IMG/VR virus record: IMGVR_UViG_3300022745_000018
Span: 96,001-160,000 of that record
Length of the DNA stretch: 64,000 nt
DNA from: a virus
Strand: one strand, 5' to 3'
This document shows positions 1 through 9,517 of the stretch, piece by piece. The notes beneath the pieces were generated by a model that saw only the letters and a program-made list of their open reading frames with translations, did not search any database and was not told the DNA's origin. The position numbers and the translations under genes are program-made. The stretch's first letter is position 1. Every line of letters begins with the position of its first letter.

Positions 1-414
1 CAGCTTGGTAAACAAATCAGATCCCTTTGTTCCCTGTTCGCCGTCGAAGATTGCTTTACGTAGAGAATCGATGATCTGCTTCTCGAACTTATGACCACCG
101 TTACCATTAGAAGCAATCACCAAATCATAGTCAACGTCTTCTATCGTAAAACTGAAACTTGGGAATTTTGAACTGTTTACAGAGATCTCGTTGAACTTGA
201 TTCTTGAGATAGATCCTGGATACGACACCAGGACATCTGGAATGACATCCAGTACATTTACTAGCGGTGGTGTGTTAGTATCTATTGGATGGATCCGATA
301 CTCTCTTGTAGACCCATCTAGACCGATCGTACCAGACTTGGCATAACCGATCCGGTATGAATGTTTCTTGAAAGAGTCATCCAGCCAAGAACCGAAGTCT
401 TTGCGTGAAGGCAT
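1..414 (-). CDS. hypothetical protein, 3' end outside window (MPSRKDFGSWLDDSFKK...)
   Basis: Manual translation: open frame from ATG at 414 to the window edge, abutting the upstream gene's stop. Confidence 0.7.
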   Translation of the reverse strand, partial: MPSRKDFGSWLDDSFKKHSYRIGYAKSGTIGLDGSTREYRIHPIDTNTPPLVNVLDVIPDVLVSYPGSISRIKFNEISVNSSKFPSFSFTIEDVDYDLVIASNGNGGHKFEKQIIDSLRKAIFDGEQGTKGSDLFTKL

Positions 415-576
415 TCAATGGCCGACACCGTTCTTAGCCAACCACCACAACCCAACATTAGAGAATGCATATCCAGAATAGACGATGGCCATAGGGACCG
501 ATGACTTCATGAAGAGTTGCTCAGCCGCGATGTATGCATAGATGAGACCAGTGATAATGATCAATGAAGGTGACAT
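415..576 (-). CDS. small membrane protein, 53 aa
   Basis: Manual translation MSPSLIIITGLIYAYIAAEQLFMKSSVPMAIVYSGYAFSNVGLWWLAKNGVGH; two hydrophobic stretches; fills the gap exactly. Confidence 0.75.
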   Translation of the reverse strand: MSPSLIIITGLIYAYIAAEQLFMKSSVPMAIVYSGYAFSNVGLWWLAKNGVGH

Positions 577-577
577 G

Positions 578-1000
578 TTACTTTACGATTTGTTTGATTG
601 ATAGATCATTTCCAATTGAAGCGATAACTTCGTCGTAGATTCTGAACTTTTCCAAGAAATAGAAGTCCTTTACTCCACATTGGATTAAAAGGTTTGCGCA
701 ATGCTCGCACGGACTATGTGTACAGACAACGATGCCGTTCTTCAAAGAGACACCTCTTCTAGCTGCGTGTGCGATCAGATTCTCTTCAGCATGAATGACG
801 CCTCGTTTGGTTACAAGTTCACCATCAACAAGAACTTCGCATTCATTGTTAGATCCACGGCGTGTACCATTGTAACCATAGCAGATGATATCACCGTCGC
901 TAGTCAATGCAACGGCACCAACTTTCAATCGCTGAGCCTTCGATTCCTGAGCTATTCGTGAAGCAAAGTCAGCAATCAACAAAAGATCATTCTGTCTCAT
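578..1000 (-). CDS. cd: dCMP deaminase
   Basis: KVGAV, GYNG, HAEEN and THSPCEHC zinc-deaminase motifs. Confidence 0.93.
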   Translation of the reverse strand: MRQNDLLLIADFASRIAQESKAQRLKVGAVALTSDGDIICYGYNGTRRGSNNECEVLVDGELVTKRGVIHAEENLIAHAARRGVSLKNGIVVCTHSPCEHCANLLIQCGVKDFYFLEKFRIYDEVIASIGNDLSIKQIVK

Positions 1001-1232
1001 CTGTCAACCAATGTTCTCTAAGGACTGCTTCAGACAATGCAGACAGGATGAATTTTGAAATGTCGGCCTCTAGCATCTCTTGAAACGAATCATGCGGAAA
1101 GAATGGGATCTCTGAGATTTCGTAATTGAAATCCAGATATGTATCCCCATCCGCGGCTTCACGAGTGGTAAAATTCGTCAAATAGACCGTCACACCAGCC
1201 ATTTCATAATCAGTTGGAATAGTAATAATCAT
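987..1232 (-). CDS. hypothetical acidic protein
   Basis: Operon packing, AGG RBS. Confidence 0.65.
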   Translation of the reverse strand: MIITIPTDYEMAGVTVYLTNFTTREAADGDTYLDFNYEISEIPFFPHDSFQEMLEADISKFILSALSEAVLREHWLTDETE

Positions 1233-1234
1233 GA

Positions 1235-1408
1235 TTACCTCACATACCTATAATATTCGTTTGCTTCTTCTTCGTCGTCAAACCCAAATTCCTCTAGGTT
1301 ATCGACATACCGTTTCTTTCTAACGATCTGAGCGATTGTCTTGTGTTCTACGTGACTCTGGTTGTCAAAGTCTCTTTTGTCGTCTTCACGATGACTGAAC
1401 TTCTTCAT
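1235..1408 (-). CDS. hypothetical protein, 57 aa
   Basis: Manual translation MKKFSHREDDKRDFDNQSHVEHKTIAQIVRKKRYVDNLEEFGFDDEEEANEYYRYVR; fills the gap. Confidence 0.6.
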   Translation of the reverse strand: MKKFSHREDDKRDFDNQSHVEHKTIAQIVRKKRYVDNLEEFGFDDEEEANEYYRYVR

Positions 1409-1937
1409 GAACTAAATCTCTGTATTTAGAAGGATTGAAAAATGCACGGTACTTAATGATCTTTTCAATTGGTCGTTTGAGATACAGAACATCTAAATCG
1501 TTCCGCATCTCTGTCAACTCTTTGCAATCAGGATCCCTGCATAAAATATATTCAGGCGGAATCCTATTTGCCATGAATCCAAGAATCAGATTCTGCATGT
1601 TGGACTCGCGGTGCAATTCGTTCATTTCCCTAATGAGATATGAAGCCGAATCTCTTCTACCAATCATGCGATTACTGCATTCTCGTACAGATTCCTTGGA
1701 AGCATATCGCACATCTACATCAGATAGTTCGCACTCAACCGAAGTCAACACCAACATCTCTTTTGTTTTGTACTCATTCGCAAACCATTCAAACTTGAAC
1801 ATCTGTGCCTCTGACATGGATTCAAGTTTCTTATTGATGTTAGCAGTGTTGCATCCATACTTCGCCATTTGATAGGAAAAGTTCTTGAAATGCAAATGAG
1901 TTGCATACCAATACTTGAATGCTTGAAAGCGGTTCAT
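1386..1937 (-). CDS. 59: helicase loader (T4 gp59-like)
   Basis: N-terminal AFKYWYATHLHF..Y...KYG pattern; directly downstream of gp33 as in T4-like synteny. Confidence 0.75.
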   Translation of the reverse strand: MNRFQAFKYWYATHLHFKNFSYQMAKYGCNTANINKKLESMSEAQMFKFEWFANEYKTKEMLVLTSVECELSDVDVRYASKESVRECSNRMIGRRDSASYLIREMNELHRESNMQNLILGFMANRIPPEYILCRDPDCKELTEMRNDLDVLYLKRPIEKIIKYRAFFNPSKYRDLVHEEVQSS

Positions 1938-2185
1938 AGATCATCAATTGCGTTATTTTGACTTTTTGCTAGACCAGATTCAATTGCACATGCTTTCAAT
2001 TTCTCAACAAGAACTGGCGTCATGAATTCAACCAGCTCATCGGGATCTTTATCAGCCTCGTCGGCGAACGCCAACACAGCATCAAAGTAAGACATCCCAG
2101 TCAGAACCATCTCCTCAATCTTCAACGAAAAATTCGCTTTAGATAGAAAGATGTTTTTGTCCAAAGGCTGCTCAATCAATTCCAT
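1934..2185 (-). CDS. 33: late transcription coactivator gp33
   Basis: FSLKIEEMV..MSYFDAV...LVEKLKACA pattern, size and synteny with rnh/59. Confidence 0.88.
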   Translation of the reverse strand: MELIEQPLDKNIFLSKANFSLKIEEMVLTGMSYFDAVLAFADEADKDPDELVEFMTPVLVEKLKACAIESGLAKSQNNAIDDL

Positions 2186-2615
2186 GTTCTTTCCTATATG
2201 TCAGAATTTCAAACAACTTCTTTGCATATCTGTATTTGGCATCAAGTTCTCGCCAGATTCTCCAGCCAGTGAAGTCAATTTCATCCATTGGAAATACTTC
2301 AGAAACTTCTTCGTCGAGTAACATGAAATTCAGAGCGGCTCTGTAACCATTCATGCAAGCTTCCACTTGATTCAATTTCAATGGAGCGATCATTGCTTGA
2401 CTATTACATGCATTCTCTGCCCAATCTTCGCCATCGTTGAATTTTTCAATGGTCAGAATAGGACTGAGGTGCTGAGCCAAGCTCGGATAGATCACTTGAT
2501 TGATTTCACAAGCAACTTGCACGAAATCCGAACTGTCTTCAATAACGGCATTCTTTAGAGAGGACAGAACGAATTTCTCTTTTTCCTTAATCGTCATCTG
2601 TTTAGTTGCGGTCAT
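2172..2615 (-). CDS. hypothetical protein
   Basis: Start reassigned to the ATG overlapping the upstream stop (ATGA). Confidence 0.65.
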   Translation of the reverse strand: MTATKQMTIKEKEKFVLSSLKNAVIEDSSDFVQVACEINQVIYPSLAQHLSPILTIEKFNDGEDWAENACNSQAMIAPLKLNQVEACMNGYRAALNFMLLDEEVSEVFPMDEIDFTGWRIWRELDAKYRYAKKLFEILTYRKEHGID

Positions 2616-3034
2616 TTCTTGATCGAATCCAAAAATGAACACAACACTTCATGAGTCAGCTTCGAGTATTTTGAAGCCAGATCTTTCTTCAGTACGAGGG
2701 CTAGTGCATCGCTCTCATCTTTGTGGAGAATCTGCATCAACCAACCCAGACGATTTGCACGAACGTGTTTGGTGATTTTCATTTCAAACAGATTCTCAAT
2801 AGTCATTGATGTCTGCTTATTGAAAAGGATAGCACCTTCGGTACCGCGAGGATATTCAACACCTTTCACGGTGGCGATATCGAAATCCAACCAACGGTCA
2901 TCGGTGGCCAATTCAATGTAGAACTTAAGATAGTGAGCCTCTTTGGAAGCATTCTTAAGGAATTCAGCTGGATCGGCGCTTTCATTTGCTTTAGCAAGTA
3001 CCTCGTCCAACATATCGTATGCAATCTTGATCAT
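2612..3034 (-). CDS. hypothetical protein of the type often found after rnh in T4-like phages
   Basis: Position and C-terminal LH.DE...L..V..KDL...Y..LT pattern. Confidence 0.65.
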   Translation of the reverse strand: MIKIAYDMLDEVLAKANESADPAEFLKNASKEAHYLKFYIELATDDRWLDFDIATVKGVEYPRGTEGAILFNKQTSMTIENLFEMKITKHVRANRLGWLMQILHKDESDALALVLKKDLASKYSKLTHEVLCSFLDSIKK

Positions 3035-3969
3035 TAGAAAAAATCTCCGATTTTGGTGTATAGTTCTTTCATCCCTCGAGACGAAAGGTGGTTCAAGAGT
3101 TTCATTTTGTTGAAATTTCTTTGATTGGTTGATTCATTATAACATTCAACGATGCCCGTGTAAATTTCTTTTGGGATCCTTCGATAGTCAATGAGAGTTC
3201 TGTTTCTATCGAATCCAGCTCTGATGTCGTCAGGCTGCCCTTCATGTGGCTCACGACCTGCTTTATGAGCGGTAATGAATGATGCACAAAATTTCTCGGT
3301 AATTGGTTTCTGACGGTCGTTGTTGACGAATGTATTATCTCCCATTCGGATGTTGGGGATGTCGTCACCCCCGTCACCACCAATAATCTTCTTCAGTAGA
3401 TAGATGTCGGCTGAGCAATCGCCTTTCACCATCTTCTTCTTGACCGGATGCCATTGCTTGACATTTTTGTATGTCTGCAATTGATAGTGATCTGTGTCGG
3501 AACTGATGATGAGGATTTCTTCTACTTCTGGATCGCCAAAGATGTTGGTGTCTTCGCTAACACGTTCAGAAACACGTTTCACTAAAGCACCGATGATGTC
3601 ATCACCTTCCGCTTTAGGATATTTCACCACAGTGAAAGGATAGAAGTTTTTCAGATCTTCGATGATTGAATTCTGAACTTCTCCAATGAACTTCCAATCG
3701 ATGCCGCTTTCGTCCGAACCACGATTCAAACGACGGCGGTACTTATAGTTCGGAAAATAGTCACGGCGCCATGAACTGTTGTCGCATGCAATCACCATCT
3801 CCGTCCCATATGTTGGTTTGTGTTTGACGAAATTGAAACGCAACGAATTCAAGACAGTGTGAGTTAGAATGTTCTTCGATTCTTCACACGGATTCATTGC
3901 CGCCGACTTCAGAACTCCATCCGTATGAATGGGAGCCAAGAAGATTTGAGAAAAGTCTACGATGATCAT
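3034..3969 (-). CDS. rnh: T4-type RNase H / 5'-3' exonuclease
   Basis: MIIVDFSQI, SWRRDYFPNYK, EGDDIIG, ISSDTDHYQL, GDGGDDIPNI motifs. Confidence 0.95.
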   Translation of the reverse strand: MIIVDFSQIFLAPIHTDGVLKSAAMNPCEESKNILTHTVLNSLRFNFVKHKPTYGTEMVIACDNSSWRRDYFPNYKYRRRLNRGSDESGIDWKFIGEVQNSIIEDLKNFYPFTVVKYPKAEGDDIIGALVKRVSERVSEDTNIFGDPEVEEILIISSDTDHYQLQTYKNVKQWHPVKKKMVKGDCSADIYLLKKIIGGDGGDDIPNIRMGDNTFVNNDRQKPITEKFCASFITAHKAGREPHEGQPDDIRAGFDRNRTLIDYRRIPKEIYTGIVECYNESTNQRNFNKMKLLNHLSSRGMKELYTKIGDFF

Positions 3970-4127
3970 CGTGAAAATACCTTACAGATCAACCAAAACA
4001 CAATAAAGAACTGCCACCATTTTGGTGATCTAATGACAGGATGTGTCGTCTCTGGAAGTTTAGCCGCGAAATGCAACCAACACTTCCACGAAACGTAATA
4101 CAAAATCAAAAACCAAATGTAGGACAT
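3966..4127 (-). CDS. small membrane protein
   Basis: Trp/Phe-rich, two hydrophobic segments; start moved to MSYIWFL. Confidence 0.6.
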   Translation of the reverse strand: MSYIWFLILYYVSWKCWLHFAAKLPETTHPVIRSPKWWQFFIVFWLICKVFSR

Positions 4128-4128
4128 C

Positions 4129-5160
4129 TTAGTCTTTGAATTTTTCCAACCATGCATTGGAAACAGCTTTCACAATTTCCTTACCATCGGTTGATTTGAA
4201 CACCAAGCCTTCACGTAGAGTTCCCGTTGTACCCAAAACAGATTTACCATCCGCCGCTTCAAGAATCTTCTTGATTGTATCGCCGGGTTTGAACTTGAAC
4301 GACACATAATTGAAAATCGGTGCTTGCGGTAGAGCCATCTTTGTCAACAAATCTTGGCGTTCGATTGGTGTCAGGAAATTTCCATTCGATTGCACTGTAA
4401 ACAGAGCTAGATAAGTCTGATTGAGATTGTATTTGTTGCCTTGTACACTGTTGCCGTAGATTTCACCCTGGAGAGCATAACCATCCAGATTGTATGCACG
4501 CATCCGCTGTTCAATCTCATATTCACGAGCAGTCTTCCAGTAGAGATTCTGTTTGTCTTCAACGAGATTGATGTTACGTGAACAGACAATGAATTCGCCA
4601 TCGATCAGAGCAAACGTGACAGACGTTCCGTCGATCTTTTCAGACACTTCCCAAGTCATTTCAGATTCAATCCATTGTTCCAATGAACGATTGAGGTTCT
4701 GAATTCGTTCGCAATCTGTTTTACGGATAGTGGCGGGGAAATTGCCCTTCTGAACTCCAGCCAAACAAGCTGGAATCGGTGGTTCGTATTTGAGGACACC
4801 TAGAAGCTCAGTTACATCGGAACCAGGTTCAAGGAGCGACAATTCTTGCTTGATGGTGATAGGCAACAGCAATCCCTGTGACAGTTCACCGCGGAGACGA
4901 ATTGTCCGCAGTTTTTCACCTTTCACACCACAGTATTCACGCGGTTCTTTTCCTTTAGAGAGGAACGGTGCCAATTCAGTTGGGACCCACGAATCGACTT
5001 CAAAGTAGACCGCGACATCACCAGCTTTGAATTCGCCTTTTCGGATGACGACTTGCCAACCACCAATCATCGCAAGTTCGAGGGAATCCGCATTTGAGTG
5101 AACATTGACTGAATCGATATTCACAATCTTCGCAAGTTTTCGTTTGATTTCATCTTCCAT
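4129..5160 (-). CDS. ATP-dependent RNA ligase, DRB0094 family
   Basis: N-terminal RKLA..NAD.LE..GGWQVV..GEF..GD.AVYFEVDS domain; EKIDGTS adenylation motif; QGEIYG, REGLVFK, KAVSN. Confidence 0.92.
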   Translation of the reverse strand: MEDEIKRKLAKIVNIDSVNVHSNADSLELAMIGGWQVVIRKGEFKAGDVAVYFEVDSWVPTELAPFLSKGKEPREYCGVKGEKLRTIRLRGELSQGLLLPITIKQELSLLEPGSDVTELLGVLKYEPPIPACLAGVQKGNFPATIRKTDCERIQNLNRSLEQWIESEMTWEVSEKIDGTSVTFALIDGEFIVCSRNINLVEDKQNLYWKTAREYEIEQRMRAYNLDGYALQGEIYGNSVQGNKYNLNQTYLALFTVQSNGNFLTPIERQDLLTKMALPQAPIFNYVSFKFKPGDTIKKILEAADGKSVLGTTGTLREGLVFKSTDGKEIVKAVSNAWLEKFKD

Positions 5161-5202
5161 TCACATACTCCTTCATGATGTTAATTTTTTGTCCACGGGA
5201 TG

Positions 5203-5232
5203 ATTGTATCAAGAATCTTTCATGTGGTAGTT
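5203..5232 (-). promoter_or_regulatory. class B promoter (ACCACAT-N13-TACAAT) for RNA ligase
   Basis: Member of a nine-copy motif family; this copy has a 13 nt spacer. Confidence 0.7.
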
Positions 5233-5237
5233 ATCTA

Positions 5238-5897
5238 TCAAACACGGAAAGCAAATCTAATGTCATCGCTGATGGTGCTAAGAGATAGTGACTTGTCTCC
5301 AACAATGATCAAAGAACCTCCGTTCGTTCCGATTGAAAAATGAACGAAGTCCATCATTTCACGCAAATCTCTATCAGATGCTATTGAAGGTTCGTCAATA
5401 GCCAACAGATCAAGTCTCATGCCTCTGGTGGCCGATATTCCAATAGTGTTATAGAAAATCTTTGAATGATTATCAAACCCCATACAAGATGCGCAATTTA
5501 CATCCAATTCGAGCTTCATGAAATCTGGCATATTCTGATGCATGTACCAGATTATCGATCTGATGGCATCACCCATCTTTCGATTCGGTGTAGCGCACAT
5601 GCATATTACGTCTTGTTTGAATCTAGCAAACCAATATACATATGCCGCTAAAATAGTAGTCGTCTCACCGGTCGAACGTTCGGCTTGCCAAACAACTTTC
5701 TTTTCGGTAACAAAGCTCTTGATAACATTCTGTTGCTCATCGGATAGTTTCAAAAGAACTTTAGAGTTTGCGCGATCGTAAATGTTAGACTCGTCTGTAC
5801 CATTCCAAACATAACAATAGTTGCTAATGAAATAGATCGGGTCTTCAGCACACCTCTTAAACTCTATCAGTTCTTCGGTATTAGACACAAATTTCAT
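5238..5897 (-). CDS. truncated terminase large subunit (gp17) ATPase-domain paralog, degenerate Walker A
   Basis: RCAEDPIYF, ERSTGETT (cf. SRQLGKTT), MPDFM, FDNHSKI, RG..DLLAIDE; ends at 219 aa with no nuclease domain. Confidence 0.82.
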   Translation of the reverse strand: MKFVSNTEELIEFKRCAEDPIYFISNYCYVWNGTDESNIYDRANSKVLLKLSDEQQNVIKSFVTEKKVVWQAERSTGETTTILAAYVYWFARFKQDVICMCATPNRKMGDAIRSIIWYMHQNMPDFMKLELDVNCASCMGFDNHSKIFYNTIGISATRGMRLDLLAIDEPSIASDRDLREMMDFVHFSIGTNGGSLIIVGDKSLSLSTISDDIRFAFRV

Positions 5898-6367
5898 TTC
5901 AGAACCTCTGGTGCAAGTCTTTCCATGATATCGTTCAATTCAGTAAACGATAGAGACATCGACAATCTTGTTCCAATGTCCGCATTCTTGACGCGGGCAC
6001 TCAAGTAGATGGTGCTACAGATGGATAGTTTGAAGACGTTATCCAAGATATCTTCTTCTTTTTCCATGACTAAGGACTCTGCTTGAGAAACAATTGCACT
6101 CAATAGAGACAGATTCTTAGCGGCTTCCTTTTCAGGTAGTGTGTACTGTTCGATATTCTTGACGTTGAGGATAACATCGATAGTACCCTCACTAAAGAAG
6201 ACGAACCACCCAATGTCGGATGTAGATAATGAGTCTAGAAGGTCTTGCACCGTATAGTATGTACGATCCTGTAGCATCTTGGCTGCGTGACGAACTAGAA
6301 GCGGTAGAGATGTGTCCGTGATAATCAATTGCGGATTGACGTACATCTGTTCAAAGGAATCACTCAT
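5894..6367 (-). CDS. hypothetical protein
   Basis: Overlapping start/stop packing between gp52 and the terminase-like gene. Confidence 0.7.
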   Translation of the reverse strand: MSDSFEQMYVNPQLIITDTSLPLLVRHAAKMLQDRTYYTVQDLLDSLSTSDIGWFVFFSEGTIDVILNVKNIEQYTLPEKEAAKNLSLLSAIVSQAESLVMEKEEDILDNVFKLSICSTIYLSARVKNADIGTRLSMSLSFTELNDIMERLAPEVLK

Positions 6368-7664
6368 TAAGCATCTCCAAATATCTTTCAGTTGGTGTTA
6401 CCTTTGATAAAGCAGCGAATTCCGATTCGCATTTCTTGATTTCAAGTCTAAGACTCTCCACCTCATCGGTCGTACAGTTATATAACGGAATGCCAGTGAA
6501 CTTACTTCCGTATTCTTGAGTAGTAATGTTTTCTTGAATGTATTCAAGAAGCTGGCTCTTGGACGTCTTCCTAAAATCAATCTTATTGGCGATCACTGCC
6601 TCAATGAATTTGATTTTGTCCTTCAAGAATGCCGAACGGTCACTAAGGTTCTTCAGTTCATATTCAAGTTTCTCAGAAACTTTCTTTGTTCTGTATTGCA
6701 CGAAATAGTGAACGAGTTCAGCGACAGAATTGAAGATCTTCAGTTTCCCATCAACATCGAGTGTTGTTAGATTCTCTGAATGGTTCTTTTCAAGTTTGAA
6801 GTACTTATGCGGGTTCTTTTCAATCTTTGACTTCTGTTCACCAGAGACTCTGACTGTAAACCCAAATCCTTCACCGGAACAATTGTCGGTGTAATCGCGA
6901 ATTAGACCTTCGTTCTCAAGTTCGTTCAAGAACTCAACATATTTTTCACGGTCATATCCGATAGGCAACTCAGTGATTTCGTATGTGTATTTACCGACAT
7001 ACTCAATGATGCCTCTAGTTCTCCAAGAACCGTCTTCATTATCAACAACCTCTCCTCTGAAATGAGGGAATGTTGGTTTGATTGGTTTATTGGCCGCTAA
7101 GTATGCATCGGGGTTCTTGATACATTTCTTGACGGCATCAACAACATCATTGGTGGAATGAGGTAAAATTGTGGATGCGAAACCAACCGCGATCCCTGAT
7201 GTACCATTGATCAAAATCCAAGGGATGATTGGGAGATAGTGAGCTGGTTCTGGATTGTCTTGATCCAAAGCCTTGGGAGCAACTTCGATATCTCTGAACC
7301 ACCGTTTGTAGTTTTCTGATAGAGAAACATAGATGTAACGTGGAGCAGCTGCATCTTGAATCAAACGACTGCCGAAGTTGCCGTGGGCTTGAAAGATTGG
7401 TGCATTGTTTGACCATTCGGCGGCCATACCAATGACAGCACCAATCGCGGACGCTTCTCCGTGATTGTAATTATACCTAGAGATTGAGCCTAAGTCAGCG
7501 CATTTAGTCTTCTTACCACCGTAACCATCAATAGATGCATATAGCAATTTCCTAGTGACGGCTTTCAGTCCATCGATGACATGAGGGATCGCTCTATTCT
7601 CAAGCACATACATTGAGTACTGTCGGTACTCATCGTTGATAATTTCTGAGATTGATTTGTTCAT
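6360..7664 (-). CDS. 52: DNA topoisomerase II medium subunit (GyrA/ParC-like)
   Basis: RAIP..IDGLK..RK, YNHGEAS, GNFGSR, AAPRY catalytic Tyr, LINGTSGIAVGF. Confidence 0.96.
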   Translation of the reverse strand: MNKSISEIINDEYRQYSMYVLENRAIPHVIDGLKAVTRKLLYASIDGYGGKKTKCADLGSISRYNYNHGEASAIGAVIGMAAEWSNNAPIFQAHGNFGSRLIQDAAAPRYIYVSLSENYKRWFRDIEVAPKALDQDNPEPAHYLPIIPWILINGTSGIAVGFASTILPHSTNDVVDAVKKCIKNPDAYLAANKPIKPTFPHFRGEVVDNEDGSWRTRGIIEYVGKYTYEITELPIGYDREKYVEFLNELENEGLIRDYTDNCSGEGFGFTVRVSGEQKSKIEKNPHKYFKLEKNHSENLTTLDVDGKLKIFNSVAELVHYFVQYRTKKVSEKLEYELKNLSDRSAFLKDKIKFIEAVIANKIDFRKTSKSQLLEYIQENITTQEYGSKFTGIPLYNCTTDEVESLRLEIKKCESEFAALSKVTPTERYLEMLNE

Positions 7665-9517
7665 TTCTTGATCATTTCACAGGCAGAAGACAAACCTTCA
7701 CCAACAAGCCATTCTTTTCTAGGTAATGAAGATTCGCCGAATGCCATTTCCAATGGAGCGAAGTCGTCCGCAGTAACTTCCATGATGACTGGGTTGTTAA
7801 TGAATTCCTTGTAGACTTCTTTCGGCATTGTGCCGAGACCTTTGTAATAACTGACGTCCCAACCTTTTGAATTGAAAGCAGCATACTCTTCATGCGTATA
7901 GAAGATCTTCATCTGCTTACCTTTTCGGCAATCATACAGAGGAGCTAACATTCTACAGATTCGTTTCTCAGTGAACAATTCTGGCCAATTGCTAAACAGA
8001 TTGAGTAGCAAACAGAAGATCGCGGCTCCATCGGTATCGCTATCTGTGATGATAGCGATCTTGCCGTAATTCAAATCAGTTGCCTTCTTCCCGAATTCCA
8101 AACCAATGATCGATAGCAATTCAGAGATTTCTTTGTTCTCCATGATTTTTAGAGGGCGCATCCCACGGACATTCATGATCTTACCCTTAAGTGGGTAGCC
8201 GCCAATCTTCTTCGGATCGCGAACGGCAATCAATGGACCGATAGCAGATAGACCCTCAGCGATGCAAAGGATTCTGTTTTCAGGATTCTTATCTGTAGCG
8301 GCAATGTGGTTGACGACAGTAATTCGTTTAGATTGTTTCTGTTTTGCCGCGAGTTCCCTACGTTCAGCCAAGTCCTTCTTATATAGGATAGCCTCAATCA
8401 TCGGATCAATGATTGACGGTGTGGAAACAATCTTTTTGGAAATCGATTCAAAATCAACCGACGCAAAGATAGGACTGACTTCACCCCAAGAATTTGTGAT
8501 GCGCTCCTTCGTCTGAGATTCAAAACGAGGAGCATTGAAATTCCGAACCCAGATCGCAAAAAGTAAATGCTGTTTGATCTGATTCGGAAGAACATCAATC
8601 TTGTGCTTCTTCTTGATAAAAGCACGAAGAGATTCGATGATTTGTTGCAAGCCATAGTCCACATGAGAACCACCCAGCTTCACATGAATACCGTTCAGAT
8701 AACTGTGAACTCGGAATTCTTCATTAGCACCTGATGGAGCCAAGACAAATGCTAGTCCAGAATCTTCGTGATAGATGGCATCATCGTGGAATTTCTTCGC
8801 AATCTGTTTGATGTTCTTGAACTGAATCTTGGTTGTCTCTGAACCGATCGTCAGTTTGAACGTGATCTTTGGATACATAATGGCTGCATTCACCAGACGA
8901 TCACGAATCATGTCAATATGATCCTCAGTGAATTCCTTTAGACCGAATCTAGCCAAATCTGGAATGAACGATACGATGGTACCACGTTCTTTTCCACCGC
9001 TTTCGATTTTCCAATCCATCTCTGCCCGATTGTTCTTACAAAGAAGGACGAGTTTCTTTTTACCGTCACGAGTCTCTCCTCTAAATTCAGTAGAGAAGAT
9101 ATTCGTCAGCGCCGCCCCCATCCCGTTCGTTCCACCGGTGATTCGTTTTGAATCATCGAAGTTAGAACCAGCACGCAACTCAGTCCATGCCCAAACTGGA
9201 CGTGGTTTACCATCAATGATCTCTTGAGGAATGCCACGTCCATTATCTGATACAGTGATCATCGTACCGTTATAGGTATCCGCAATCTCTAGACCAATTT
9301 CTGTAGAGAATTCACCAGAAGTACGAATATGCTCATCAATAGAATTCTGAATGATTTCGTCGATGATCTTCAATAGACCAGGGACTACGATCTTTTTCTG
9401 CCAGACACAATCAATGATGCCTTCATATGGTTCTGCAGTGATAGATCCGATGTAAACACCAGATCTAGCAAGCGCATGCTCACGGTCAGATAATACCTTG
9501 AATTCTTCGGTCGTCAT
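7661..9517 (-). CDS. 39: DNA topoisomerase II large subunit, fused gp39+gp60
   Basis: EIIQNSIDE, DNGRGIP, GSNF, GGTNGMG ATPase motifs; EGLSA, PLKGK, DSDTDG TOPRIM; YYKGLG. Confidence 0.96.
   Translation of the reverse strand: MTTEEFKVLSDREHALARSGVYIGSITAEPYEGIIDCVWQKKIVVPGLLKIIDEIIQNSIDEHIRTSGEFSTEIGLEIADTYNGTMITVSDNGRGIPQEIIDGKPRPVWAWTELRAGSNFDDSKRITGGTNGMGAALTNIFSTEFRGETRDGKKKLVLLCKNNRAEMDWKIESGGKERGTIVSFIPDLARFGLKEFTEDHIDMIRDRLVNAAIMYPKITFKLTIGSETTKIQFKNIKQIAKKFHDDAIYHEDSGLAFVLAPSGANEEFRVHSYLNGIHVKLGGSHVDYGLQQIIESLRAFIKKKHKIDVLPNQIKQHLLFAIWVRNFNAPRFESQTKERITNSWGEVSPIFASVDFESISKKIVSTPSIIDPMIEAILYKKDLAERRELAAKQKQSKRITVVNHIAATDKNPENRILCIAEGLSAIGPLIAVRDPKKIGGYPLKGKIMNVRGMRPLKIMENKEISELLSIIGLEFGKKATDLNYGKIAIITDSDTDGAAIFCLLLNLFSNWPELFTEKRICRMLAPLYDCRKGKQMKIFYTHEEYAAFNSKGWDVSYYKGLGTMPKEVYKEFINNPVIMEVTADDFAPLEMAFGESSLPRKEWLVGEGLSSACEMIKK

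Noticed and set aside
1435-1872. 145 aa plus-strand ORF and similar antisense ORFs (e.g. 21534-21893, 22017-22397, 57760-58152, 60360-60743)
   Set aside because: All lie opposite well-supported minus-strand genes.
7661-9517. gp39+gp60 fusion as a novelty
   Set aside because: The fused form is common in T4-like phages; the T4 split is the exception.
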